In this document: positions 1 through 12,670 of the stretch, in pieces
How positions within the stretch are numbered: the stretch's first letter is position 1
Layout: every line of letters begins with the position of its first letter
NCBI GenBank assembly: GCA_004431415.1
Contig: QPMI01000526.1
Span: forward strand, 193,175-257,174
From: Cyanophora paradoxa CCMP329
Lineage: Eukaryota; Plantae; Glaucophyta
Direction of reading: 5' to 3'
Length of the DNA stretch: 64,000 nucleotides
Notes under the pieces: generated by a model
Told to the model about the DNA's origin: nothing
The model's input: only the letters and a program-made list of their open reading frames with translations
Databases searched by the model: none
Made by a program: the position numbers and the translations under genes

Positions 1-1780
1 CCCAGGCGCACCCGCAGCCACAGCCGCAGCAGCAGCCCGCGGCCTCGTCCTCGTCCTCGTCCTCGGCCTCGGCGGACCCGGCGGGCGAGTACGACTCTCT
101 CTTCGAAGGCATCGACTTCGGCGAGCCGCTCCCCAGCGACTCGCCCGCGAAGCCCTGGCCGCCCCCGCAGCAGCCGCAGCGGGAGGCGGGCGAGTACGAC
201 CACCTCTGCGAGGGCATCGAGTTCTCCCAGTTCTTCAAAGAGCCGGAGCAGCACCAGGAGGCGCAGCAGGAGGCGCAGCGGGGGCAGCCGCGGGTGGCCA
301 TCGACCCGCCCCTCTTCGACGAGCCGGCCCCCAGCGACTTGCCCGCGAAGCAGCAGCCGCCCCCGCAGCAGCAGCAGCAGCAGCAGCAGGAGACGCAGCA
401 GGGGCAGCAGCGGGTGCGCCCGCCTGCCCGCGGGGCGACCCCGCAGGGCCCTCGCTGACCGGACGGGGCGCGCGCGGCAGCCAGCGGTCGCGGAGGGGGC
501 CGTCCCGCCTTCGGTGCGCCTTCAAAGGGGCCCGGCCAGCGGGGCCCTCGAGCCCGGCGATCTGAGGCGCCGGCGCAGGGCCCAGGCTCGGATGAGGATC
601 AGAAGCCGGCGGCCGCGGCGGGCGCCGCCGCCGCGTCCTTTGATCCTCCGGTGCGCCCGACGCGAAGAACTGTTCAGAGCCGGGCCTTACTGGCGCCGAC
701 CTCAGGGGCGGCGGCGCGCGGCGGCGGAGGAGGAAGAGGAGGAGGCTGCGCAGGAGCGGCGCCGGCGGGAGGGGGAGGCGGAGGAGGTGGAGCAGAAGGG
801 ACCGGAGCGGGAGGAGGCGGCGGCGGCGCAGGCGGAGCGGCGGCGGCGGCAGCAGCAGCCGCGCGCGGCGCGTCGGGCCGAAGAGGAGAAGCAGAAGGAG
901 GAGGAGCTGAAGCGCGAGGCGGCGGCGCAGCGGGCAGAAGTAAAGGAGCGGGAGGAGCAGCAGCGGCAGCAGCAGGAGCAGGACAAGCTGAAGGCTCAGG
1001 GGGGGAATGGGAAGGCTCCGAAGCGCACGGCGCCGGCCCCGGGGGCCCCGGAGCCGCTCTTGGCCCCCGCCCCGGCCCGGGCCGTCTCTTCCAGCCCGGA
1101 GCGCGATGCGCTGGCGGCCCCGGCTCCGGGGCAGCTGCAGCTGAAGCATCCGCCCCGGCCGGCCGCGGGGCAGGCGGCTCCCGCCCCGGCCCGGGCCACC
1201 GCCGCAGCCTCCTCCTGCTCCTCCCCCAAAGCCAAGAAGCCGCGCCCCAAGTGCGCCCCTTTTCTCTCTTTCCCGTATCCCGCACCCCGCCCTCCTCGAA
1301 AAGTCTGACATGCCCTCGCAGCCCGCCGGCCGAGCGGCAGGTGCAGGCGGCGCCGGCGCCGGCCGCGCCGGCCGCCTCGTCTCCCGAGCAGCGGCCGGAC
1401 TTATCCGTCCGCGTCCATCCGGAGACAAAGGTCGGTACCCCCCTCCCGCGCTTCCCCCCCTTTCTCTCTGACGCCTACTACGTACCCCCCAGCTCTGGTT
1501 GAAGGGTGACATCCGGGTGGCGGCGGAGGAGCCGGAGGGGCCGGGCTGGCAGGCGTTCATCGTACCCTGGGGCCCGCGGGGGGAGCTGCAGCAGTGCTGG
1601 GTCGAGTCCGAGTCCGGGCGGCGCGAGTCCTGGGAGATCGTCATACCCCCCTCGCCGCCGGCCGCGGCCGCGGCCGCGGGGCTCCAGGCTCAGGTCGACT
1701 TTGTCGGGCCGCGCCAGGCCGGAGGGGTACCCTCGCTTCCTCGGAGCTCGAGGCCGGGGGAGACCCGTGCCCGGGCCTAG
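1..1780 (+). CDS. 3' part of a spliced host gene encoding a low-complexity Ala/Pro/Glu/Gln-rich protein (exon structure approximate, function unknown)
   Basis: GC3-rich coding-like segments bounded by GT..AG, e.g. aa|gtgcgc at ~1250 and cgcag| at ~1321; repeated peptide GEYD(S/H)L(F/C)EGI(D/E)F; E/Q/R-rich coiled-coil in ORF 514..1308. Confidence 0.35.
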
Positions 1781-2683
1781 GCCTGGCGCCGCGCGGCCGC
1801 GGCAGTGGCGGATGGCATGGTATCCTCGAGCTCGAGCTCGCCTGACGCCGGCGTCGCCGCCCAGCCGGCCTCGCCTACAGCTGACGCCGCCGCCCCGGCG
1901 CTAGCCTGCAGCGACGAGCTTGCTTGCAGATGCCGTATACGTAGTACCGTTAAACCGAGTTTGTACAAACCTTCGAACCACATGTTGAAGTTTCAGTCAC
2001 GCGCGCAATTGCAAGACTCTGAGATCGACCGAGGCCAGGTACCGCGGCCACTTGGCAAAGCCACGGATCTAGAATTCGTTGACGTCGACGTTGACGTTAA
2101 CGTTAGCTGCGCTTGAACCCTTAAGCTTAAGCTTGCACGCGCAATCTGTGCGGCGAACAGGCCGGGGGTACATGTACAGCGCCGCAGCGACGTCGGGCAA
2201 TCAACGTTCGGCAGTTCACGGTTAGCCCGGAGTCCCGGCCGCGGACGCCTCCAGCTCACAGCGCCATCAGCGGAGCGCCGGACAGCCCAGGGCGGCGCGG
2301 AAGGCCTCGAGCTCGGGGCGAGCGCGGCGCGCGGCGAGCATCGGCGGTTGGCGTCATCGCGCACATCGCTCGTCGTGTGCGGCTCGGCGAAAGGGACGAC
2401 CGTCGGACGGCCGCAGACTGTCGGCTGTCAGCGCGCGCGCTCGAGCGGCCGCGGAGCGCGCCGCGGCCGAACGGCGCTCGCGATCCATCGATATCGCCGT
2501 GACCGCAGCCGGCCGCGGGCCGCGCGCGCGCGCGGCGCTTCCGAAATCGCCGGCGCCGCGTCCGGCAACAGCTCCGGCTGCAGCTGCGGCCCGGCGGGCT
2601 CGCGCGTGCAGCTGAGCGCCGCGGCGCCCGGCCCTGAGCGGGCGCCGGCTGTGCACGCCACAACCTGGCAGGTCCAACGTTCG

Positions 2684-5600
2684 ATGTGGAACTCGAGCCC
2701 ATTCGGATGGCTGGCGCCGGCGCCGGCCAGCGCTCCGACGCCGCGGCCGGCCGCGGCCGCGGCGTCGGTGTTTTCAGCAGCAGCCGCAGCTCCTGCAGCT
2801 GCCGCGGCCGCGCCCCCGCGCGCGCAGGCGGCCGCGTCCGGCGCCGCTTCCGCGGCCCGGCGCTCTCACTCTCTCCTTTCTTTATGGCCCCAGCAGGAGC
2901 CGCCCCATGCATATGGCATGCCCAGCGCCGCCCGGCCACCACCTGCAGCTCCGGATCCGCATCTACTGCAGAAGCTAGCAGATCAGGAGCGTGAGGTACG
3001 CCTAAGCCCTGCCTTCAGTGGCAGGCCTAGGCCTTCATTGGCAAGCTCTAGATCGTTTCTGGATCCGGACCCGGGAGATCTAGACTAAAAGTCTTGCGCA
3101 GCTCAAAAGCCTGAAGGAGCAGAGGGAGAAGCTCAAGAGATTGCTCGCGAGCGCGGAAGACGACCTGTACGGCGCCAGGACGCGGGAGGGGGAGCTGGAG
3201 GGGCGAGTCCGGGAGCTCGAGGGGCGGGTCTCCGGGCTCCAGGCCGAGCTGGAGGGCGCGCGGTGGGAACTCCATCGCGCCAACGATCACTCGCGCTGCA
3301 AGGGCAGAGAAGAGCAGCTCAAGAAGAACATCCGGGGCATCGAGAGGCGGTTCAGAGAAGTGAGCGATATCGATCGACCTTCTTTTCTGAACTCATAATT
3401 AGCCTAGTAGCTATAGCTTGCTTTTTTTGAAATTCTGAAACTCTTCCTGAAGCTGACCCATGCTGACCTGGTGTGGCGCAGGCAAGACAGGCGGAGAGGG
3501 ATGCAAGAAGAAAAATTGAAGAGGTGCGTGTGCAGGTGGCCGGCCGCGGGGCGCCTCCGAGCCATACCTTGATTATATATAATTATAATCTTTGAACTTT
3601 CGGACTCACTCTACCCCCGCCTCGCTCCCTCCCCCAGCTGGAGTCGCGCCTCTCGGATCAAGACGCGTACAATCGCGACTGGGGCTCGCGGACGGACGCG
3701 AACGAGGAGGAGGAGCGGTCGGACTACGAAAGCGGTCACGAGAATGCGGACTACGATCGTGACTATGAGGAGGGGGACTATGATCGCGAGGAGGGGTACT
3801 GCGATCGCGATCGCGAGGAGGGGGACTACGATCGCGATCGCGAGGAGGGGGACTACGATCGCGATCGCGAGGAGGGGTACTACGATCGCGATCGCGACGA
3901 GGCGCGGTCGCATAGGAGCTCGGGCTCGGCGGACTCGGGCTCGAGGGAGCTTCGGGACCGCGTGAACCAGCTGCAAGACGAGGTGATGGATTTAAGCTGA
4001 AGATCTAGATAAGACTTTAATGACGCCGACCTGTACATGTTTAACGGTTGATAAGAATACCGCCTGAACCTAATATCGATCCGCCTGATCGCTACGCCTG
4101 ATCCGTCTAACCTAATCAACTCTCTCGCCACGCCTGATCCGCCGGCGCCTTCCAATCAGGTCGCCGACCTCGAGGCGCGGAACAGCGGCCTGCGGGGGCG
4201 CGTCGACGAGCTGGAGAGGCGCTGCGGGGAGCTCGACGAGTCCAACGAGCAGCTGAGGCTGCGCAACGGCGAGCTAGGGCGGTCCGCCCTGTAATCCTCT
4301 TTCGTTTATCATATTTATAATTACTGTGTTCATGTAAACTTCTCTTCAATCTAGCTGCAACGAGGACCTGATCGATCGGAACAAGGAGCTCAAGAGCCGC
4401 ATCGACGAGCTCCGAGACCTCAACGACGAGCTCAGCGAACGAAACAACAAGCTCGATCGCGATCTCTCCGTGAGCTATACATTGGAAATTGGCAATGCTT
4501 ATTTAAACGCAATCTCGGGAGAAGTATGCGCAGCATTATGAACGGCATTAAAAATCCAGAGCTCAAGTGTATATGCTCTTCAATGAGCTCTTTCGCAGAT
4601 TAAGGCGACAGAAATTGATCACGAGCGTAAGAGGGCACGACTTTTGTTTATTCTTCATGATCAGTATTTTGTGCGCTCTGATTTGTTTCCGAATTCGAAG
4701 CTTTCGCAAGACATTAAAGAGGTTTGCGGTCCTTCCCAGATCAAAACACACATCGATTGATGCCCTGAGACAGATGAGTGACAAGCTTGAGGATTACCGC
4801 ATTCAAAGGATTGCTGATCGTTCTGCTATCGCGGTAATTATAAGCCACGACCACGTTCAATATTTCATTAACGTCGTTCAAAAACGGATCCTTTTCCGTT
4901 TCCTAATGTGTTTTTGCCGCTGGTGAAGATTGATCATATGGTTGGACATTGCAACGAACGCGCAAAAGTGCATGGTCTTTCGCGCGCATCCTGGCAACAG
5001 TTGATATCTATGTTAATATTTTGATCAGACCCTCGAAAAAGCGAACGGCGAACTCGAAGAGGAGCTGAGGCGGGCCCGCGAGGACTCGGCCGTGGTGGGG
5101 TCGCGGGAGCAAACTCTCCAAAGTCTGGTGGAGACGCTCCGGGGCCAGCTCCAGTCCATGGCCGCCTCCGCGCTCGCCGAAGAGCTCAAGACTCTCAAAG
5201 CCCGGATCAAAGAGGTGCGCAGCTGCCATCTTACATTACAATTAGATCTGCATCGAAGCTGAAGGCGCCTGCATTTAAAGATCTATAACTGCTCCGGATC
5301 CTGCCATACTCCCGTAGTCCTGCCATGCTTGAGAGATCTATAATATATAGAAAAACTCATTAAAAGCTCTAACATTGCCTCGTTTGTAAATCCACCCGCT
5401 CCGTAATATTAAAAATAACGACCGTCGGACGTTTGCAATTGAAAAGGTACTGCGGCAGGTCGAGCTGGAAAATGCCGAAAAGGCGAAGGCGGAGCGCGCG
5501 GCAGAATCGCGCTGTGAACAGGTGCGCACGCGGCGCACATCCTAAAGCAAAAACAAAACACGATTCACTTCTGGCTTGAGGCTTCAAATCAATGCTCAAA

Positions 5601-8600
5601 CGGCAGGTAGAGCAGGCAAACGTGGTTCTTCTCAAGGAGGTGCGCACTGCGGCAGTGATTTCCTGACACTTATAAGTAATATAACACTATGTATTCTGAC
5701 ACTTATAATCAGTATAAACCCTGTCTACTATTCGTGCTCTAGCAGCGAGCTATAAAATTAAAAGGATCCGAGCTAGGCGGGGCCGGGGCGGGTTCCGAGG
5801 CGGGTTGGACGGCAGACGGTGCCGGGCCGGCGAATCGGATTTAATTATTCGAACGATTGGGACGGCAGGTGGAGCAGGCGAAGGCCGATCTGGGGATCGC
5901 CAAAGATGCTTTGAAGCGCGCCAAGGCCGATCTGGAGCGCGAGAAAGCGAAGGCCGAAAAGGAGCGGGAGCGGCGGCGGGAGGCGCAGAAGCCGAACTCG
6001 AAGGAGCTCAGCTTGGCGCGGGACGAGGCGAAGCGCATGGCGCAAGCAGCTGAAGCAGCGCGCAACGAAGCCAACCTGAAAAAGGAGAGGCTGGAGGCGG
6101 CAGAGAGCGCCAAGGAGGCGGCGGAGAAGGCGCGGGCGGAGGCGGAGGAGGCGGCCCGGTCCGCGAAGGCGGCTTTGGAGGCTGCGGAGGCGGCGGCCGC
6201 GGAGGAGCGGGCGCGGTGGGACCAGCTGTTGGGCGAGCTCGCCGAGCGCGCCGAGCGGGCGGAGCGGCAGCGCGAGGAGGCGCAGGCGCTCCTCGACGCG
6301 GTTCGTTCATCTGAGTCTGACTCTTGATTTGATGTGGCCTAGATCTCTGCCTGCGTTCATCCGCTGCAGATTCTGGAGAGGCCCGGGTCGGACCCCGAGA
6401 TGACCGCCCTGAAGGGGCGTGTGCGCTCACTCGAGGCTCAGCTCGCGGTGCGCTGACTTCGTAGCTCTCACTTAACAGTTGAAGCTCTTTGCGAATTCGA
6501 ATTGGCTAATTACAAGCGATCCGCTGGCGGAAAAGGAGAAGCAGAAGGCGGCCGCCGGGCTCTCGAATTCCTCGTCCCTTCCCGCCGCTGCTGCCTCGAG
6601 CGATGGGCCTGCCTCGAAGATCCGCACCCTTCGGAATGCCTCGTGCGCTTTTTCTGCTTTTGGCCTTTTATTATGCTGCGCTAATCGATAACGAAGGTGC
6701 AAGCTCGTCCAAACGATCGTGAAGCAGGTTGCGTCCCCGGCCCCGCCCGTGGCCACGCATCTGCAAGCGTGCCAAGGTGTTTGTTGTCTGCAGCTGGGTG
6801 CGGCTGATGCTTGCTGGCGCAGCTCCGCCCGGCGGGCTCCAAGGCTTCCAAGCCCATCGAAATCGAGGTAGGCATAGCAGCGGATGTCTCCTGCTCGTCG
6901 CTCCGGAGTGAAGGGAGCCCTGCAGGTGGACCGGGCAGCCGTCGTCGAGTCCGCCCTCCGGTCCTGCCTGGAGCAGCGCCTCCTCGAGCAGCTGCGGCAA
7001 CCGGCCGCCCCGCTGAAGATTGCGATGGAGTGCGCCGAGGACCGCAAGGGGCCATCGCGCGAGTTCTATGCGCTGGTGCGGGATCGGAATTCCACGGGAA
7101 TCTTTAATTTCTTCGTTCCTGTGGTCCTCATTATCGGAGTGTCGCCGCAGTTTTTCGAGGAGCTGGTAAAGAAGCAGCTGGTGGAGGAACCGATGCAGCG
7201 GGCACCGGGCGTGCTGCCGCCAGCTGCAGCCAGCGCTAGCGCTGCACCGGTGCCTGTTGTGCCGGCGCCGGCGCCGGCGCCGCAGCCGCGCCGCAAGCGG
7301 ACCGTCATCGTCGACTCTGAGGACGAGGACGAGAGCGGCGAAGACGGCGACGGCCGAGGCCCGCAGGGCGAGAATCCGAAGCGTGTTCGGCTGGAGGGCG
7401 GGCAGCCGGCGACGTCGGCGTCGGGCGGCGGTGGCGGCGGGCAGCGCCGGAGCGGGCGCGGCCAATCGAGCTCGAAGCGGGTCGATGTACATGTCGATCG
7501 TGCGCTGCTCACGAAGTACCGATTCATCGGTGCCATCATCGGCCGAGGTTTTTTGATTTATTAATGTATAATCGCGAGGTTTGCTCTGACGCGGTTCATT
7601 TAATTTCTAGCGCTGCTCGAGCGGATTCTCGACCCAAAGGGCACGGACCCCATCCCGGCCGCGTTCGTCCCCATGATACCTATGCTGTCCGGCAGACAGG
7701 TGCGGGCAAGAATATAAATTCCGAAGCCCACTTTCGTTCCTGGCTCTGATCGCTTGCCCCGGCCCGCATGCGCAGCCCGACTCGTGCGCCACAGCGGAAG
7801 AGGCGCTCGCGCTCTGGCAGCCGTTCCTCGACCCCGTAAGCAATATATATTTTCATTCGAACCTTTTATGAATTTTTTCGCCGGCGCGTTAACGCCGCCT
7901 CAGCAAGTACACGTCTCGATGACCAGGATCCTCGCTGAGCCGGTACGCGGCGCTGGTCTGAGCGCTAGCCGAGCTCCAGCCTGTGCTTGGCGCTGAAGTC
8001 TCTGCAGGTCTCGCCGGAGGCGCCCGTGCCTATGGACCCCTACCTCCAGGGCTGCCCTGGGTTCAGCGGCGAGGAGGCGCCTCACAATATTTATCTCTAA
8101 GCTTAAACCTATCGCCACTGACGTCCGGCAGCTGACGGAAGAGAACAAGCGGCATATGGTTCGGCTCGCCGCGCAGTGGCAGTGCGTGGGCCGGCGTCAG
8201 CCGCTCCTGGAGGCGATGCGAGTGCGTCGCGCTCGTTTCGTGTCAGCCGTCTCTAAGCGTCGCCGTTCTCCGCCCGCAGGAGGGGTTCCAGGGCGTCTTC
8301 ACGCGGCCGGAGGCGAGCAAGAAGGGCCCAGAGGCGGCGGCGGGCGCGGCGGACGCGCTGGAGGCGGTTGGGCTGCTGGGCGCCGACGACTGGGCCGCCC
8401 TCGTCGGCGGTGCGCCGCGCGGGGCCGCGGCCCCGCGCAGCGCGGCCCGCGTGCCCTCACGCTGCCCCCGCAGGCCAGGCGTGGACGGCCGAGACGCTCA
8501 TCGCAAACGTGCGCGACCGGCAGCACTTTAGTTCTCACCCTAGGGCCTCTTTTCCATTCACATTTCCGCTCTCAGATGCGATTCCACGGCGACTGGCGAA

Positions 8601-9240
8601 ATTTCGAAGAGGTGAACGACGATGACGATGTCTTCGTCCTCGACTCGTGCCCTGTCCCCTCTCACCCCGCGCGGCCCCTCCCGCCCCGCCCCGCAGGACC
8701 GGGCTCTGGTCGAGCGGTGGCTCTTCGGCGCGCTTCGGGCGGGCGAAGTGGACCCGTCGCAGTTCGCCCGCTGCATCGGTGCGGCTGCTCTTTCACGTCG
8801 TGCCGCCGCCTTTAATTTGTGTTGCAGGCCGCGCCTCCGCGCCGGCGAGCGGGAAGCTCGAAAGGTGGGCTCTAAAGAAAATTGTTTCTGAGACCGCCGG
8901 ACATTCAGATCGATTCGTCTCCGCGCGCGCAGGCCCCTCACCATCGCGCCGAAGACGAACACGGTGAAGGACGGGGCCGGGCGCAGGCGGGCCGTGCTGG
9001 TGCCCTGGTCCGACAAGGAGTGGGGCCTCGCCTTCCGCACCTGCTTCGACGAGGCCCGCCCCGCCCCCCGGCCCCCGGGCCCCGCCGTCGGCCTCGCGGG
9101 CTGAACTTTGGGGGCAGGTGGAGATCCCTGGAGTGCCATCGGCGGGGGCGGCGGGGGCGGAGGAGGAGCGGCGGGGGCTCTTCGTGCGGGCGGTCCGCAG
9201 CAGCGTCGAGGACCTCGCGCTGGACTTCAACGACGGCTAG
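2684..9240 (+). CDS. Multi-exon host gene, copy A: coiled-coil N-terminus plus divergent C-terminal HECT-type E3 ubiquitin ligase domain
   Basis: Hand-spliced exons give HECT hallmarks in order: LKIAMECAEDRKGPSREFY, KYRFIGAIIGR, LTEENKRHMVRLAAQWQ..LLEAMREGFQGV, FRTCFDEVEIPG (catalytic Cys codon 9042-9044), and LDFNDG* with Phe at -4. The start at ATG 2684 is inferred. Confidence 0.65.
3782..3896 (+). repeat. 27-bp coding tandem repeat, ~4 copies, encoding DRDREEG(D/Y)Y
   Basis: gatcgcgaggagggg(g/t)act(a/g)cgatcgc repeated inside an exon of copy A. Confidence 0.85.
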
Positions 9241-10262
9241 TCGAATTTCTTATCAAAGACAGCATGCCAACGCTTTGAATTTCGATATATGTCCATCGAT
9301 TCGACTTCAACGACGGCTATGCGCCCGCGATCCGCTGTGGACATCGATCTGCCTGTTGATTTGTTCTAGCCTAGTAGTAGGTTTCAATTTACTCCAGGAC
9401 GCCCATGGCCAGAAGCTTCCCCCCTGATCATGATCATCATCATGATGATCATGTAGTAAAAGGGGGGTCGCCAGAGCCTGTTTCAGCCTGATTTAAATCA
9501 GGCTAGCCTGTTTAAATTTATATAATTAGAAATCAGGCCTAGGCTTGAATCATGATCAGGCTGATCATGAGCCGGCGCCGTCAGCCTCTTTGAAAACTTT
9601 GAAACACGCTAGCCTGATTAGGAAGCAGGCTAGCCTGATTCCTACGCAGGCTGGATTCCAGCCAGCACCCAAGCCTGATTCCAATATTAATAGTTATCAG
9701 ACAGTTTACATTCGAATTTCCTTTCCAAGACAGCGGACCCGGACCTCGAAATTAGCTAGCTCTATCTCCGCAGCCTGCAGCTGCATCTGCTTTATAAAGC
9801 TGCTCATGTGGTTGTGGTTTATAAATCCGAATGAATGCGCGCACAGGAACGTCTTTCTAACTTCCGACTTCGTATCAGAATCGACTTCAAGGGGGCGGGG
9901 AGCGGGGGCGGGCGGGCCGGGGCGCTGCTGGCCGCGGCCTCGAGGGCGGCCCGAAGAGCGGCAGGCGCCTCCGGCGCCCTCGCTGGCGCCGGCAGCCCCG
10001 CGAGCGGCGGGCGCCGCGGCGGGGTCGACACCCGCCGCCTTTGCAGGCACGCCGCCAAAACGGAGTGAAGGGGTGGGGGAAGAGTCCGCCGGGGTACGGC
10101 GGCAGGGAGAGGGATGAAGGGCGCCGGGGGAGGAAGATCCGTCGGGGTACGGCGGCAGGGAAGGACGGGTCGGGGGGAAAGGTTGGGAGGGGGTAGACAA
10201 GCTCTAGGGACGCGGTCCTGCGCTGCGAGGGGCCCGAAATCTCAGCGGATATCGAATCGACT
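5020..10262 (+). repeat. Segmental duplication, copy A (partner ~15555-20025)
   Basis: Colinear near-identical blocks: 5860 vs 15960, 6884 vs 16940, 9224-9240 vs 19374-19390, 9705 vs 19411, 10200 vs 19970. Confidence 0.9.
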
Positions 10263-11640
10263 AGCAAGAGAGGCGGCGCCCGCCGCGGCACGGGGCCGCG
10301 CCGGCGCGCGCCGGCGAACGCCAGGCACCAAGGCACCCACACGGGGCGGCGGAGGGAAGGGGGGGAAGGATCGAGCCGGGGTACGCCGCTGAGTCTCCAG
10401 GTGCGCCACTGGGCGCCGGAAGGCGCCAAGCACCAGGCACCCTGCGCCGGGTAGAGGTTGAGGGGCGGCTGCCCTGCGCTGGGTAGAAGGTGAGAAGGGG
10501 GGGGGGGGGGGAAGGGGAAGGGAGCGAAGGGCGAGCTGAGGGGGGTACGGATGCAGATGCACAAAGTCTCTCCGCAAGGGGTTCTGACGGGTTCCGAGGG
10601 GTACCGGCAGCGGCGAGGCCGGCGAGGGGTACCGGCAGCGGCGAGGGGAGGAAGGGCGCCGCGGTACGACGGAACGGGTCGCGGGTGGAAGGTTGGGAGG
10701 GGGTAGACAAGCTGTAGGGACGCGTTCCTGCGTGGGGCCCGAAATCTCAGCCGAAATCAACTCGCCTAGCCAGGGAGGGGGTACAGGGGCGCACCTTCCC
10801 GGGAGGAGGGCGGCGCCCGCGGCGGCGCAGGGCTGCGGTTGCGGGCGCCGGCGGGCGCGGGAAGGGGGGGAAGGATCGAGCCGGGGTACGCCGCTGAGTC
10901 TCCAGGTGCGCCACTGGGCGCCAAGCACCAGGCACCCTGCGCCGGGTAGAGGGTGAGTGTGTGTGTGTGTGTTGGGGGGGGGGGGGGAAGGGAGCGAAGG
11001 GGCGAGCTGAGGGGGGTACGGATGCAGACGCACATAGTCTCTCCGCAAGGGGTTCTAGATCTGACGGGTTCCGAGGGGTACCGACAGCGGCAAGGCCGGC
11101 GAGGGGTAACGGCAGCGGCGAGGCCGGCGTTCACTGCGCCAGCGGGGAGAGGAGGCCGGGGGAGGGTCGGTGCTGAGCCGCCCCCGACGGAAGTCGGAGG
11201 GAGGGGGCTCCGGGGGTACCGACGAGGGGGAATGGGGGGAGATGCGGAGAATGCTACCCTGAAGCACGACTGCCCTGCGCTGGGTAGAAGGTGAGAGGAG
11301 AGGAGGGGGCAGGGGAGGGGAGTGAGCGGAGGGGGGTACGGAGGCGCACGGTCTTTCATTCTGCGCGCGGCGAGGGCCGGAGGGGGCCGGCCAAGCGGGT
11401 TCCGAGGGGTATTGACAGACTGCGGCGAGGCCGGCGAGGGGGTACCGCTGCAGAGCAGGGAGCGGAAGCTGGGGCGGGGAGGGTCGGCCCTGGGCCGCCG
11501 CCGTCGGAAGAAGGGGGCTCCCAGAGGGTACGGAGGTTCCGACGACGAGGAGGACGCCCCGCGCGCCGCGCCGGAGATTCACTGGCGAGGGGCGGGGAGC
11601 GGAGGGCCGCGGCTGAGAGAACCGGGAGAGAAGTCCCGCC
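10040..11640. repeat. G-rich degenerate tandem repeat region, unit ~0.5 kb
   Basis: ggaaggggggaaggatcgagccggggtacgccgctgagtctccaggtgcgccactgggcgcc at ~10355 and ~10860; cctgcgctgggtagaaggtgaga at ~10473 and ~11274; poly-G tracts. Confidence 0.8.
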
Positions 11641-11799
11641 CTCCCTGCTCGGGTGGCGGGCGGCGGGGGAGGAGGAGGCGAGGAGGCGGGGCGGGCGGGG
11701 CGGGGCAGGGGGCGCGGGGCGCGCCTTGCCCTGCAGCTGCGGGCGTACCCCGCCGGCCGCGCCTCTATCGATGACGCCCCGCCCCGTCGCCTACGATGC

Positions 11800-12670
11800 C
11801 CTGCGCCGTCCTCTCGCCGAGTCTTCTATGACGCGCTGCGGCGCGTCTGAGCGGCTGCAGGGCGGCGCGGCGCTGCGTCGGGCCGGGCGGCCGCCAGCGG
11901 ACCTGGCCGTGGAAGGCGGGCGAGGGCAGGACCGCGAGCTCGCCGGCCGCGGCGCGGCGCAGCCGCTGCTCTAGCAGCCGCTCGTAATGAATCGACCTGC
12001 AAGCGATGCGTGAGGCGCAACGCGACGCCGCCGCCGCGCGGGGGCGCCGCGCACTTGTGCACATAGTCTAAGTAGTCGTCCACGTCGATCTTGTAGTCGG
12101 TCTTGGGCCCCTTGAGCGTCGTCCCGTGCTGGATGTAGAGCGAGACCGCAAGGTCGCCCGCCTGCACCGCGGCTCGGTCCGCTCAGAGCGCCCCGGCCGG
12201 CTCGCGGCGCGGTTCGCACCTTTTCCTGCGGGATGCTCAGCCGCGTGGTCATGTATCCTCTTGTACACGTGCTGCGCATGCATATGGCAAGGACCGATTC
12301 GAACGGTCAACGCGCGCGGGGCAGACGAGAAGGCCCCGGCACCTTAGCAACGCCGCTTGAACTAGGATACAGCTGCGAGCAAGAGTTAGATATTCGACCG
12401 CGGCTAGCGCAGGGGTTGACAGGAGGCGGCTCGCGCGCGGGAGAAGTTCCAACTCCACGCGCGAAGATTCCCGCTTCGCACCGTATCATCCTGCGGAAGC
12501 AGCGTAAGATTGCGCAACACGCAGCTCGCATTGCCAGGCAGAGCCGGCAGGGCAGGAGGCGATATCGATTGAAGCCCTGTGCAGACGCGGATGCGGGGGC
12601 TGAGCGCACGAGGTCGAAGAACAGAGCTGCTGGAGGCGCCACGCTGGCGTTCGTCGATGCTGCGCATGCC
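11800..12670 (-). pseudogene. Sdt1/Phm8-like pyrimidine 5'-nucleotidase (HAD-IA), spliced, apparently frameshifted or degraded
   Basis: Minus-strand exons join as LFFDL|DDT|LYPSSSGVAK|HVYKRI..YMTTRLSIPQEK|AGDLAVSLYIQHGTTLKG..IDVDDYLDYVH (HAD motif I DxDDTLY). A frameshift lies in the ~12220-12270 exon, and no clean 3' exons were recognised. Confidence 0.7.
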
